IMG/VR virus record: IMGVR_UViG_3300005337_000003
Coordinates: 1-64,000 of that record
DNA length: 64,000 nt
Direction: 5' to 3' (one strand)
Origin: a virus
A model generated the notes under the pieces. The model saw only the letters and a list, made by a program, of their open reading frames with translations. It searched no databases and was not told the origin of the DNA. Positions 1 through 9,012 of this stretch are shown piece by piece. The translations under genes were made by a program, and so were the position numbers. How positions within the stretch are numbered: the first letter of the stretch is position 1; every line of letters begins with the position of its first letter.

Positions 1-2
1 CT

Positions 3-134
3 GATGGGGATGGTCATGCGTATAAAGTTTATGGCGACGGTTATGACGCATACAATAGTGTTTGCAAGCCGGAAAACAAATATAGCCCTGCCGAATATGA
101 ATTTGAAAGAGGGTTGAACGGAATGGACTTTTAG
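3..134 (+). CDS. 3' end of a hypothetical protein entering from the window edge
   Basis: Open frame from position 3 (DGDGHAYKVYGDGY...GMDF) to TAG at 132-134. Confidence 0.5.
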   Translation, partial: DGDGHAYKVYGDGYDAYNSVCKPENKYSPAEYEFERGLNGMDF

Positions 135-199
135 CCATAATGAAAAGGTAGTAATATGAAAATCAAGATGAAAAAAATATAGATTTAAAAAATAAATTT

Positions 200-436
200 A
201 TGAAAGTTTGGATTACAAAGTATGCCATAACAAGAGGCATAGTCGAGGCGGAAAGCACCCCAATTGAGGGGGATGCGGTTGTTGCGAAAATACCTGACCA
301 ATGGGAAAATTATTTTCGCAAGCCATATTGGCACGAAACCAAAGAAGCAGCCATTGCCCAAGCCGAAACTATGCGCCAGAAAAAAATAAAGTCTTTGGAG
401 AGGGAGATAGAGAAAATAAAGAAACTAACATTTTAA
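200..436 (+). CDS. Hypothetical phage protein (78 aa)
   Basis: ATG after an A-rich leader; in the co-oriented gene run; MKVWITKYAITRGI N-terminus and basic coiled C-terminus. Confidence 0.75.
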   Translation: MKVWITKYAITRGIVEAESTPIEGDAVVAKIPDQWENYFRKPYWHETKEAAIAQAETMRQKKIKSLEREIEKIKKLTF

Positions 437-438
437 AT

Positions 439-681
439 ATGTGTTCAATGGAAATGAAATATTATAATCACTTGACTAAAAACGGATTTCTGGATTACGT
501 CGAATCACATTCTATTACGGAAAGGGCTTTATTCAACAGAGAACAGGTCGCGCAAGTACTCGACTTAGCCGGCTATCATGAGCGGGCAGAAGAGGTTGCC
601 CTATATACACAGAAGTGGTATTCGGTTGACTTGTCTGAATTCGTGGAAGCGGCGAGAAAGAGATCGGCCCTGAAAATATAG
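439..681 (+). CDS. Hypothetical protein (80 aa)
   Basis: Track ORF 301..681 re-started at ATG 439, just after the previous stop, removing a 136-nt overlap. Confidence 0.65.
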   Translation: MCSMEMKYYNHLTKNGFLDYVESHSITERALFNREQVAQVLDLAGYHERAEEVALYTQKWYSVDLSEFVEAARKRSALKI

Positions 682-702
682 TTTAAATATATATTATAAA
701 AA

Positions 703-1371
703 ATGACCCCAATCGAAATAACCACCAGTAAGGGCACATGGCTTTTCGTGCCGGTGCCGGAACCAGGGGAGTACGAATTACGTCACTTGGGATCGCCTCA
801 GATGTCCGGCAAGAACCAGCCAACTGTATGTCTTTTAAAGAATGGCGCAAGGCAAATAGTTTGCACACTACCAGCTGGTGAATACGAAATCATTAGCCTC
901 CTCTCCCAGCTCACCGAGGAACAGGCGGCGGGGATTGTTGAAAGCGGGGGCCATCCAGCCGAGAATAGTCCGTGTTACAAGGATTATAAAGATTCGCAAG
1001 ACTTTGTTTGTTCCGACGCTTTAACCTCCTTTCATTCCCTTCTGGCGGCCAATAAGTGCTATACGGAGAATCCGTACTGGCATCCTGGCACCGAAAAGCC
1101 ACTTGGCGAAGTGGAAGTAAGCTACGACGGCGGCAAGACTTGGGATAGTTCAGTAGAATGGACTGAAACCCGTACGTGCATGATGGCCGGCTCGGCTGGC
1201 GGCTTTGGTTATTTCGGAGAAGGCTGGGCCACCTCACGGGAAAGCGGAACGGATGTAGGGCTTATCTGTGATCCTCCCGATTATTGGCGGTATGCGGCAA
1301 ATGCCGAATATGCGGAGAAGGCCCAATCCCGCACCTCAAAGGAGCGGCTTATTCTGGAGGTGAAGAAATGA
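703..1371 (+). CDS. Hypothetical phage protein (222 aa)
   Basis: Long ORF with A-rich leader; TGA overlaps the next ATG. Confidence 0.8.
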   Translation: MTPIEITTSKGTWLFVPVPEPGEYELRHLGSPQMSGKNQPTVCLLKNGARQIVCTLPAGEYEIISLLSQLTEEQAAGIVESGGHPAENSPCYKDYKDSQDFVCSDALTSFHSLLAANKCYTENPYWHPGTEKPLGEVEVSYDGGKTWDSSVEWTETRTCMMAGSAGGFGYFGEGWATSRESGTDVGLICDPPDYWRYAANAEYAEKAQSRTSKERLILEVKK

Positions 1372-1637
1372 AAGACTGGATTAATAGTCACCTACACAAC
1401 AATAACGGCAAGCTGTTTGGTATAATACAGCTGTACAGAATAAGTGGGGTGTGCCGCGGAGAAATGGTTCGCAGGGTAAGTGAATATGAAAGTAATTGGA
1501 TGTGCCCTATATGTAAAGCTAACACTTATAACTGGAAATGGATGCTGTATAAGCCTAAACCGAAACGCAAATTTTATAAACCAGTATTTTTATTTGGAGT
1601 AATGCTTTCCGCATCTAGCGCTAAAAAATGCTCTTAA
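1368..1637 (+). CDS. Hypothetical protein (89 aa) with a CPIC motif
   Basis: ATGA coupling with the upstream stop at 1368-1371 (track start 1284 trimmed). Confidence 0.6.
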   Translation: MKDWINSHLHNNNGKLFGIIQLYRISGVCRGEMVRRVSEYESNWMCPICKANTYNWKWMLYKPKPKRKFYKPVFLFGVMLSASSAKKCS

Positions 1638-1929
1638 AAACACAACACCAAACATAAATAACCAACGAAACAAAACAGCCATTGACGGCGGAGGACTACG
1701 CAAAGAGGATATATGATGTGTGTCTATATAATTTTCCTTTAGTTCCATCAAAATCAGTTGCTATTAAAATAGTGGAGGCGCTCATAGAAGAATTTGTAAA
1801 TCAAAAAATAAATGAGTTACGCTGACTTTTTTATCAGGGCCAATGCATTGGACATATAACTAGCAGGTAAGAAGATCGGGCAGATGGTTCAATATTCTAT
1901 ACAACAACATTTACACCAATAAAAACACA

Positions 1930-2523
1930 ATGAAAACAATCGTAATATCAACCCCGAACGACCACACAAGATTTCACAATACCTGGCGGAGGTTCGGAGG
2001 GCAAACGCTGGAAGTAGATTATGAGTGTCTACCAGCCATTATGAACTACGAACAGCCTGCGGTGGGCATCATGCAGTCCTTTAAGAAGGCCATCCAAACC
2101 GCAATGGACAGCCTGGAGCCATCGGTTGCCATCTTCGAGGATGATCTCAGCTTTACCTCTCCTGATAGCCTGAAGCGCTTCTATGGGCTGTATAATGATT
2201 ACCATGTGGGAGAATTGGGCTTATTTCTGGGTGGGTTCTACCAGGGAGAACCCAAGGAACTAACCAATGAGATCGCGAGGGTGGAGGGCAAGGTATCGGG
2301 GCTCCACGCCCTGATAGTCGATCAAAAATGGTACGGCACTATATTGGAAGCTGAAGAACCCTACAACCTGGATCACTGGCTCTCAGTAGTTAAAAAAGTA
2401 CCTATATTCGCGGCCTACCCGATGCTGGTTATGCAGCAAGACGGGCTAATGTCCTATAACGCAAAGAAGGTAATGAACTACACCAAGGACCTACACCTAA
2501 AATATAAAATAGACGGCAAATGA
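1930..2523 (+). CDS. Glycosyltransferase family 25-like protein
   Basis: GIMQSF...AIFEDDL (DxD-type EDD motif), LHALIV, LDHWL and YPMLVMQ resemble GT25 motifs. Confidence 0.6.
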   Translation: MKTIVISTPNDHTRFHNTWRRFGGQTLEVDYECLPAIMNYEQPAVGIMQSFKKAIQTAMDSLEPSVAIFEDDLSFTSPDSLKRFYGLYNDYHVGELGLFLGGFYQGEPKELTNEIARVEGKVSGLHALIVDQKWYGTILEAEEPYNLDHWLSVVKKVPIFAAYPMLVMQQDGLMSYNAKKVMNYTKDLHLKYKIDGK

Positions 2524-2741
2524 TAATAACACTTGAAAACCTCGAATGCGAGTTGAAATACGATTATGAGCCCCCCACGATCGGGGGCTCACATCCTGAT
2601 GGGTCAGTAGAGCGCCTGGGCGCCAATGTATCGATATACTCGGCGATTTGTAAAGGGGTGGAGCTAGTTACGCTCATAGAGCACGAACAGCTGGAAGCTA
2701 TGGAAAGCAAGATTCTGGAGTCCCTGCAACGTGAGGCTTAA
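2520..2741 (+). CDS. Hypothetical protein (73 aa)
   Basis: ATGA overlap with the upstream gene. Confidence 0.7.
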   Translation: MIITLENLECELKYDYEPPTIGGSHPDGSVERLGANVSIYSAICKGVELVTLIEHEQLEAMESKILESLQREA

Positions 2742-3088
2742 TTTGGTTTTGGGAGCGGCCTTTCCTCCATCCATCCCTGGTTTTCGGCGTCTATTTCCAA
2801 CTGATACAAAAGGCCAGTAAGGGTGATTATATGTTCTTCAAATACAGACTCTGCGCCCCCGCCATTTCGAAGCTTTTCGACAGCCTTCATGGTCTTGGAC
2901 AAACGCTCAGCTCTTTTCGCGGCATAGATTTCGGCACCCTCTGGATCCCCAGACCCCGTTTCCGGAGTTGAGTCGGTGTTTTCAAAAAAATATATTAACA
3001 GGTATTGAAGACGGTCGTAGAAAGGTTTACTGATCTTTATGTCAATGATCGCATCTTCCTTTATGAATTTGTACAATTTGTCAGCCAT
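2738..3088 (-). CDS. Hypothetical protein (116 aa); the only minus-strand gene in the left arm
   Basis: Fills the gap between + genes; protein-like acidic/helical composition; 4-nt convergent overlap with 2520..2741. Confidence 0.7.
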   Translation of the reverse strand: MADKLYKFIKEDAIIDIKISKPFYDRLQYLLIYFFENTDSTPETGSGDPEGAEIYAAKRAERLSKTMKAVEKLRNGGGAESVFEEHIITLTGLLYQLEIDAENQGWMEERPLPKPN

Positions 3089-3707
3089 GAATCAAAATTA
3101 CGAAATATCCACAGATAAAATACATAAATACCTGAATGATCAACTTAAGGAAACGGATTGGTATAATGTGCTTCGATCTTTTGTTCGTTACCTGGAATTC
3201 GAGGAGATAATAGAAAAGCTCCGACACGAGGTTGGGCTGGGGTATAGGTTCACGCCTGCTATCCACCAGATTTTCCGACCTTTTGAGCTATGCGCTTTGA
3301 AAGACGTTAAAATGGTTCTATGTCGCAGGGGGCCTTACATCCATCCGTCTTATAATGACGGGCTGGCATTTTCAAGCACTGGCTACCCCAAGAACTGGGA
3401 ATTCAGGTTGTTTAGTGAGGCCACAGGCATTACTTCTCCAGACGGAGATCTGCAAAATTTTGCCAAGAGCGGAGTTTTGATGCTTAATACCTCCTTAACT
3501 ACTGAAATAGGATTGCCACATTCCCATGAGGCACTATGGACACCATTCGTACGGTTATTGATCAGCGTTATGCCTCCGGTTCCCTGGGTGTTTGTGGGGG
3601 ATAACCCCCATGCTCAGGATGTAGATAATGCACTCTTATTCCCTGAGTTTCAGCAACGTGATAACTATCAGAAGGAATTCAAAAAAATATTTGCAGATTT
3701 GCAATAA
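3087..3707 (+). CDS. Uracil-DNA glycosylase family 1-like protein with degenerate catalytic motifs
   Basis: IFRPFELC..DVKMVL, NDGLAFS, GVLMLNTSLT match the UNG scaffold; GQDPY is replaced by RRGPY; no HPSP motif; start ATG 3087 preferred. Confidence 0.8.
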   Translation: MNQNYEISTDKIHKYLNDQLKETDWYNVLRSFVRYLEFEEIIEKLRHEVGLGYRFTPAIHQIFRPFELCALKDVKMVLCRRGPYIHPSYNDGLAFSSTGYPKNWEFRLFSEATGITSPDGDLQNFAKSGVLMLNTSLTTEIGLPHSHEALWTPFVRLLISVMPPVPWVFVGDNPHAQDVDNALLFPEFQQRDNYQKEFKKIFADLQ

Positions 3708-3746
3708 AATTGCCACCTTGTGGCCACAATAGTAATAGACAAAAAC

Positions 3747-4103
3747 ATGACAACAACTTTCTTAATTCTACTAACACACTTTGTGTCTGATTTTATACTT
3801 CAGACTGACAAGCAGGCTGTGAACAAAGGCAAATCCGTTTATTGGCTTTCGATGCACGTTTTGACGTACACCTTAGGGTTTGCTGTATTTGTTCAGCTAT
3901 ATGTAGGCTGGAGCGTAAAGAGTCTGGATTGGTTACTCCTAAATTGCTTCCTGCACTGGACTGTTGATCTTGTAACCAGTCGTGTCAACTCTTACTTATG
4001 GAGTAAGAACTGGAGGCACTGGTTTTTTGTAGGCATCGGCGCTGATCAATTAATCCACTATGCTTGCCTGTTGTTCACATACGAGTGGCTTATCTTAAAA
4101 TAA
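3747..4103 (+). CDS. DUF3307-family membrane protein
   Basis: HFVSDFILQT, LSMHVLTY, HWTVD and GADQLIH motifs; four hydrophobic segments. Confidence 0.8.
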   Translation: MTTTFLILLTHFVSDFILQTDKQAVNKGKSVYWLSMHVLTYTLGFAVFVQLYVGWSVKSLDWLLLNCFLHWTVDLVTSRVNSYLWSKNWRHWFFVGIGADQLIHYACLLFTYEWLILK

Positions 4104-4114
4104 AATTAAACAAA

Positions 4115-4357
4115 ATGGGAAAATTATTATTCTGCAGGTGCGGCGATCTTATCGCAGACAGGAATATTGGATGGATTACTGGAAAGAATGAATATGGAGT
4201 TCGGTATACAGAGATAAGGGCTACCTGCGTTAAATGTGAACAAACATTTGAAACTGCCTGCTGGGGAGAACTTTATAGCCTAGAGGAAGCTAAACAGACG
4301 CTTGCGGGCTGGTCGGCTGAGAATAATCAGGGATTATTGTTGAGTGTTGAATCTTAG
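4115..4357 (+). CDS. Small putative Zn-binding protein (CxC...CxxC)
   Basis: ATG after AAAA leader; CRCG and CVKC. Confidence 0.65.
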   Translation: MGKLLFCRCGDLIADRNIGWITGKNEYGVRYTEIRATCVKCEQTFETACWGELYSLEEAKQTLAGWSAENNQGLLLSVES

Positions 4358-4367
4358 AATTATAAAT

Positions 4368-4529
4368 ATGGATTTTTGTTTATCAGTAAGTGTAATTATT
4401 TGCACTATAATATTTTCTATACGATCTGTAGATTTGGAAGGAAGAGAAAAGAGTAAAATTGCAATGTTTTTTTGGTTAGCTGTGCTGGGAATTATTGTTT
4501 CCGGAATATTATTAAAATTTAGATTATGA
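4368..4529 (+). CDS. Small two-TM membrane protein
   Basis: Two hydrophobic stretches; ATGA overlap with the kinase gene. Confidence 0.6.
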   Translation: MDFCLSVSVIICTIIFSIRSVDLEGREKSKIAMFFWLAVLGIIVSGILLKFRL

Positions 4530-5341
4530 TTATCGGAATATCAGGTAAAAAAGGTTGTGGAAAATCAACTGTGGGAAGAATAATACAATACCTAACACAG
4601 TATGAGAATGTAGGGTATTTAGACTTCAAAAATTTTGATGAATGTTATCAAGATAATAGCATTAATAAATATGCTACCTGGCGGATTAAAATGTTTGCGG
4701 GTAAATTGAAAGAGATCTGTTCATTACTCACAGGCATCCCGGTTGAAGATTTTGAGAAGGAGGAAGTCAAGAACCAAAAGCTGCCAGATTGCTGGAAGCG
4801 GTATCATGTGATACTAGAGGGGAAAACGATAAAAACTACGGCAAGTTGGATTAAGGCTCAGGAGCAGAGGGCTCTTTATATTCTATCACAACCTGACGAG
4901 ATTGTGCCAGTAACCATTGTAGAGTTCCAACCCACCGTTCGGTGGCTGCTACAGCATGTAGGAACAAATGCTATGCGTGATGTGATCCATGAGAATATCT
5001 GGCTGAATGCACTATTTGCAGACTATAAAAAATCAGAGACTACTTGGATCATCACTGACGTAAGATTCCCTAACGAGCTACTGTCCATTAAGGACAGAGG
5101 AGGTATAACTATAAGAATCAATAGACCTAAAGATAGGCAAATTGGAGCAACGGGTTTTATAGCGGAGCAAGCAGCAGCAAACAGCGCTTTAGACATGCAT
5201 CCATCGGAAACAGCTTTAGACAACGCACGGTTTGATCATGTGATTGATAATGATGGAACTACTGAAGACCTGGTAAAAAAAATCAGGACAGTACTTAATA
5301 TGGATGGAATTCCAACTAACTCTAATGTATTAGATTTTTAA
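4526..5341 (+). CDS. Deoxynucleoside monophosphate kinase
   Basis: P-loop IGISGKKGCGKST; FAGKLKE; LLQHVGT; ITDVRFPNE; HPSETALD. Confidence 0.9.
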   Translation: MIIGISGKKGCGKSTVGRIIQYLTQYENVGYLDFKNFDECYQDNSINKYATWRIKMFAGKLKEICSLLTGIPVEDFEKEEVKNQKLPDCWKRYHVILEGKTIKTTASWIKAQEQRALYILSQPDEIVPVTIVEFQPTVRWLLQHVGTNAMRDVIHENIWLNALFADYKKSETTWIITDVRFPNELLSIKDRGGITIRINRPKDRQIGATGFIAEQAAANSALDMHPSETALDNARFDHVIDNDGTTEDLVKKIRTVLNMDGIPTNSNVLDF

Positions 5342-5343
5342 TA

Positions 5344-5796
5344 ATGGATAAGCTGTATATAGGAATCGATATAGGCCAGAATGGAGGTATAGTGGTACTT
5401 GATAACACAGGAGGCGTCGTGGAGACTTTCAAGACTCCTTCCACCAGGATGGAATTCCACCAGGCACTATCAAAATATGCGAACGTGCCCTGCTTTTGTA
5501 TCCTGGAGAATGTACATTCTCAGCCTAAAAATGGAGGCAAGGCTAACTTTCAGTTTGGTATGACAAACGAACGCACCCTGTACTCACTAGAGGTCAATAG
5601 GATTCCATACCAGGCAGTAACGCCCCAGACCTGGATGAAGACCTATATGCTCAAAAAAGACAAGGGAGAGTCAAACACCAACTGGAAAAACAGGTTAAAA
5701 CAACGTGCCCAGCAGCTTTTTCCAAATGAGAAAGTAGTGCTCTGGTCAGCAGACGCTTTATTGATGGCTGAGTTTGCGAGAAGGCACTATAAATAA
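5344..5796 (+). CDS. RuvC-like Holliday junction resolvase
   Basis: YIGIDIG (catalytic D), ILENVH (E), VTPQTWMK and ADALLMA (D) pattern of phage RuvC-like proteins. Confidence 0.85.
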   Translation: MDKLYIGIDIGQNGGIVVLDNTGGVVETFKTPSTRMEFHQALSKYANVPCFCILENVHSQPKNGGKANFQFGMTNERTLYSLEVNRIPYQAVTPQTWMKTYMLKKDKGESNTNWKNRLKQRAQQLFPNEKVVLWSADALLMAEFARRHYK

Positions 5797-5814
5797 ACAA
5801 AAAAACAAAATTAA

Positions 5815-6633
5815 ATGTTAAACGATACATTAAATATGGTCTACGAGAACCGTTCGGATATTTTTTATAATCTATCTAAATATCCGGACGGTCAGCAACA
5901 GGTGGAACTGTTTCAGAAGTGCAATCCCGTAGTTACCATAAAGGCACGTCTTAATAACTTTAACGACCTGGAGAAAATAATCTGCGCTACCGCTTCTCTG
6001 CGTAATGCAGGTGCCAGGAGAATCACTTTATTTGTTCCTTATTTTTTAGGATCTAGGAGCGACCGCAAGTTCAACCCTTTTTCCAACAATTACCTGAAGG
6101 ACATTATAGGGCCAATAATTAATATGCAAAAATTTGATGCTGTCATTACTGCCGATCCGCACTCGCATGTTTTAGAGGCCTGTATAGATAAATTGAGTGT
6201 GGTAGATACGTCTTATCTACTTAGGTATGCACTGCACGATACAGGTGATGCGTCTACATACCTGGTAGCTCCAGATGCAGGAGCTGTGTCCAGAATTAAA
6301 AAAGCAGTTGAGGATTTGGTAATACCTAACGAAATTATATTTTGCTCTAAACACAGATTGCCGAGTGGGGACATTACCATAAAGCCAAACTCAGAACCTT
6401 CACGTGGCAGCAAGGTTTTTGTAGTAGATGATATATGTGATGGCGGAAAAACCTTCATAGAAGTAGCTAAGGCATTCAACAAACCTAAATCTCAGATGTT
6501 TTTAGTAGTAACGCATGGTATATTCTCTAAGGGATTTGAGGTATTACAAGAGTACTACCAGACAATCTATTGCACCAATAGTTACTCCGACATTTTCACC
6601 CAATCATCAGTTAAACAAATCAATATTTTTTAA
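5815..6633 (+). CDS. Ribose-phosphate pyrophosphokinase-like protein (probable Adps of NARP1)
   Basis: FVPYFLGSRSDRKF, DPHS, VAPDAGA and VVDDICDGGKTF (PRPP-binding loop), VTHGIFS. Confidence 0.9.
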   Translation: MLNDTLNMVYENRSDIFYNLSKYPDGQQQVELFQKCNPVVTIKARLNNFNDLEKIICATASLRNAGARRITLFVPYFLGSRSDRKFNPFSNNYLKDIIGPIINMQKFDAVITADPHSHVLEACIDKLSVVDTSYLLRYALHDTGDASTYLVAPDAGAVSRIKKAVEDLVIPNEIIFCSKHRLPSGDITIKPNSEPSRGSKVFVVDDICDGGKTFIEVAKAFNKPKSQMFLVVTHGIFSKGFEVLQEYYQTIYCTNSYSDIFTQSSVKQINIF

Positions 6634-6634
6634 T

Positions 6635-7063
6635 ATGGAGAAAGATAAATATACCCAAAGATTAATAAATGAATGGCGCCAATACGGAAAAATAATCATC
6701 TCCGTGGACTATGACTCTACCATTTCATACTGGCCGACTATAGACAATCGGGAAGATATTGACAGAGCTATCAGGCTGCTGCAAATTGCTAGAGAAACAG
6801 GCGCTTATATCACTATATTTACAGCTTCAGATATAGACAAATTCGAGGAAATACAAACGCACTGTGACAAGATAAAACTACCAATAGATAGTATTAATAA
6901 GAATGCGATACCGCTGCCTTACGGTAATCACGGGAAGATATATTACAATATTAATCTGTGTGATCGAAGTGGCCTCACACAGGCCCTGGATATGTTGGAA
7001 ACAGCTATATACGTCATCCGGGGAGAAAGGGCGGTAAAATTAACAGAAGGAGAATCAATTTAA
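6635..7063 (+). CDS. HAD-superfamily phosphatase-like protein
   Basis: IISVDYDSTI (DxD motif I), IFTAS (motif II), KIYYNINLCDRSG (motif III/IV-like); start ATG 6635. Confidence 0.65.
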   Translation: MEKDKYTQRLINEWRQYGKIIISVDYDSTISYWPTIDNREDIDRAIRLLQIARETGAYITIFTASDIDKFEEIQTHCDKIKLPIDSINKNAIPLPYGNHGKIYYNINLCDRSGLTQALDMLETAIYVIRGERAVKLTEGESI

Positions 7064-7076
7064 AAAAAAATAATTT

Positions 7077-8570
7077 ATGTTCAAACCAAACGCTTTATTT
7101 TATACAGACGGTTACAAAGTTGGCCATAAGCGAATGCTGGCTAAAGGCACTAAGAAGTTATATGGAACTTGGATACCCAGAAGTACTAAACACGCGCCAG
7201 CTAGCATAGATAAGATAGTGTCTTTTGGCCAGCAACTGGCAATCAGGTGGCTGCATGACCTATTTAAAGACAATTTTTTCGCATTAACCAAGGAAGAGGT
7301 GTCGGATTTCGGGAAAGACATGAGTCTGTACCTTACGCAAGAGTATAATGCAGACCATTTTTTGGCTCTTTATGATCTAGGGTATCTCCCCATCAAAATA
7401 AAGAGTTTGCCTGAGGGTATAGAGACTCCTCCTAATGTCCCACACATGACTTTTATTAATACGGTAGATGGTTTTGCTTGGCTGACACTATACCTGGAAA
7501 CTATTATCAGCAGCTTGGCCTGGAAGCCAAGCACAAGTGCAACGATTGCCCTTAAATATAGACGAGTAGCGAACGAATGGGTTAAAAAAACAGATATGTC
7601 TAATTTATGGCTTGTAGATTATATATGTCATGATTTCAGCGCCAGAGGGCTTTCGCCCTGGGATATGTTATCTAGTGGTCTAGGCCACTCAACCAGTTTC
7701 CGTGGATCAGATACTTTGATTGTAATACCGGCTGCCAGATATTACTACAATGAGCCACAGGACAAGACGTGCCTTAATTCGGTTAATGCCAGTGAACACT
7801 CGGTAAGTACTACCAAAATATTTACAGTGGGAGAACAAAATATGATATCTGATTGGTTGGAAGAATTTCCGACTGGAATATTATCAATAGTATCTGACAC
7901 TTTCGATTTGTGGAAACTTGTTACTGAGTATCTGCCAGCATTAAAACCAGAGATCATGGCTCGCGATGGGAAATTGGTGATTAGACCTGATTCTGGGGAT
8001 CCTTTAGATATTATTTGTGGAGAATTTGAAAGTGTAACAGATGGTGAAAGTGATAAGATGTTACCGTTAGAAAATGCCAAAACTCCCAAGGAAAAAGGCT
8101 TAATAGAATTACTGTGGAATATATTTGGAGGAACCGTTAATGAACAAGGTTATAAAGTTCTTGATCCACATATTGGTGCTATATATGGTGACTCTATCAA
8201 TTTAAACAGGCAGCTCGAAGTATACAAACGACTTGCCGCTAAGGGATTTGCAGCCACTAACATAGTGTTGGGGGTAGGGTCATTCACTTACCAATTTAAT
8301 ACCCGAGATACTTTCGGATGGGCGGCCAAAGGCACATGGTTCGAAACAGATGGAGGAACTTACGATATTTACAAAGATCCAGTAACAGATGATGGAACAA
8401 AAAAGTCATTAAAAGGACTTATCTGCATAGACGAAAACTGTCAAGTAAAGACTCAATGTACTATTGAGGAGGAAAACGAAGGTATATTGCAGGTAATTTA
8501 CGACAATGGTAAATTCCACAATGAAACATCCTTAGAATTAATCAGAAAACGCTTAGGCGAAATACTATAA
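7077..8570 (+). CDS. Nicotinamide phosphoribosyltransferase-like protein (probable Namat of NARP1)
   Basis: TDGYKVGH, HDFSARG, ASEHSV, SIVSDTFD, VIRPDSGDP, IYGDSI, GVGSF motifs. Confidence 0.92.
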   Translation: MFKPNALFYTDGYKVGHKRMLAKGTKKLYGTWIPRSTKHAPASIDKIVSFGQQLAIRWLHDLFKDNFFALTKEEVSDFGKDMSLYLTQEYNADHFLALYDLGYLPIKIKSLPEGIETPPNVPHMTFINTVDGFAWLTLYLETIISSLAWKPSTSATIALKYRRVANEWVKKTDMSNLWLVDYICHDFSARGLSPWDMLSSGLGHSTSFRGSDTLIVIPAARYYYNEPQDKTCLNSVNASEHSVSTTKIFTVGEQNMISDWLEEFPTGILSIVSDTFDLWKLVTEYLPALKPEIMARDGKLVIRPDSGDPLDIICGEFESVTDGESDKMLPLENAKTPKEKGLIELLWNIFGGTVNEQGYKVLDPHIGAIYGDSINLNRQLEVYKRLAAKGFAATNIVLGVGSFTYQFNTRDTFGWAAKGTWFETDGGTYDIYKDPVTDDGTKKSLKGLICIDENCQVKTQCTIEEENEGILQVIYDNGKFHNETSLELIRKRLGEIL

Positions 8571-8595
8571 CAGATATTAAAATTCACTTAAAAAC

Positions 8596-9012
8596 ATGGC
8601 AAATACTCTGGAAGAACTTCGCAAAGAAAAAATAACAAAAAATCCTTTTTACCATCCGATCTATCCACTAATTGAGCAAATTGAGAAAAAGGATGGAAAG
8701 TATACTACAATAAAAACTTATGCTAAATACAGGATATTAGTTGATGGAACATATCGGATATATCAGGCTAACTGGGAAGCTTGTTTAACTGATGAATACA
8801 TTGCTGATAAAAATAAAAACGGCGAAGATATAATGTCGGCAACCAAGTTAAAGCACATTAACGGTGTAATTAAGGTATGCCAAATCGTCTACATGTTGTC
8901 GCAGAAATATTCACAAGACTTTAATAACCTAGAATTAGATACAGATCAGACTCCTGAATTGGAACTTTGTGAAGAATCTGTTCGATGGGGATTAGCTGAT
9001 GGATTTATGTAA
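8596..9012 (+). CDS. Hypothetical protein (138 aa)
   Basis: ORF with A-rich leader; TAATG coupling to the polymerase. Confidence 0.75.
   Translation: MANTLEELRKEKITKNPFYHPIYPLIEQIEKKDGKYTTIKTYAKYRILVDGTYRIYQANWEACLTDEYIADKNKNGEDIMSATKLKHINGVIKVCQIVYMLSQKYSQDFNNLELDTDQTPELELCEESVRWGLADGFM

Noticed and set aside
1628-1825. Protein-like frame 1658..1825 (ITNETKQPLTAEDYAKR...) beginning at ATA just after an in-frame TAA
   Set aside because: No convincing start codon; it may be a decayed gene, but I cannot support it as a CDS or as read-through
3685-3725. Possible Bacteroidota sigma-A promoter (TTTG...CACCTTGTG)
   Set aside because: The -7 element does not match TAnnTTTG well enough
5815-8570. 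NARP2 (Nampt plus Nmnat) interpretation
   Set aside because: No nucleotidyltransferase (HxGH motif) gene in the window; the partner is Prs-like
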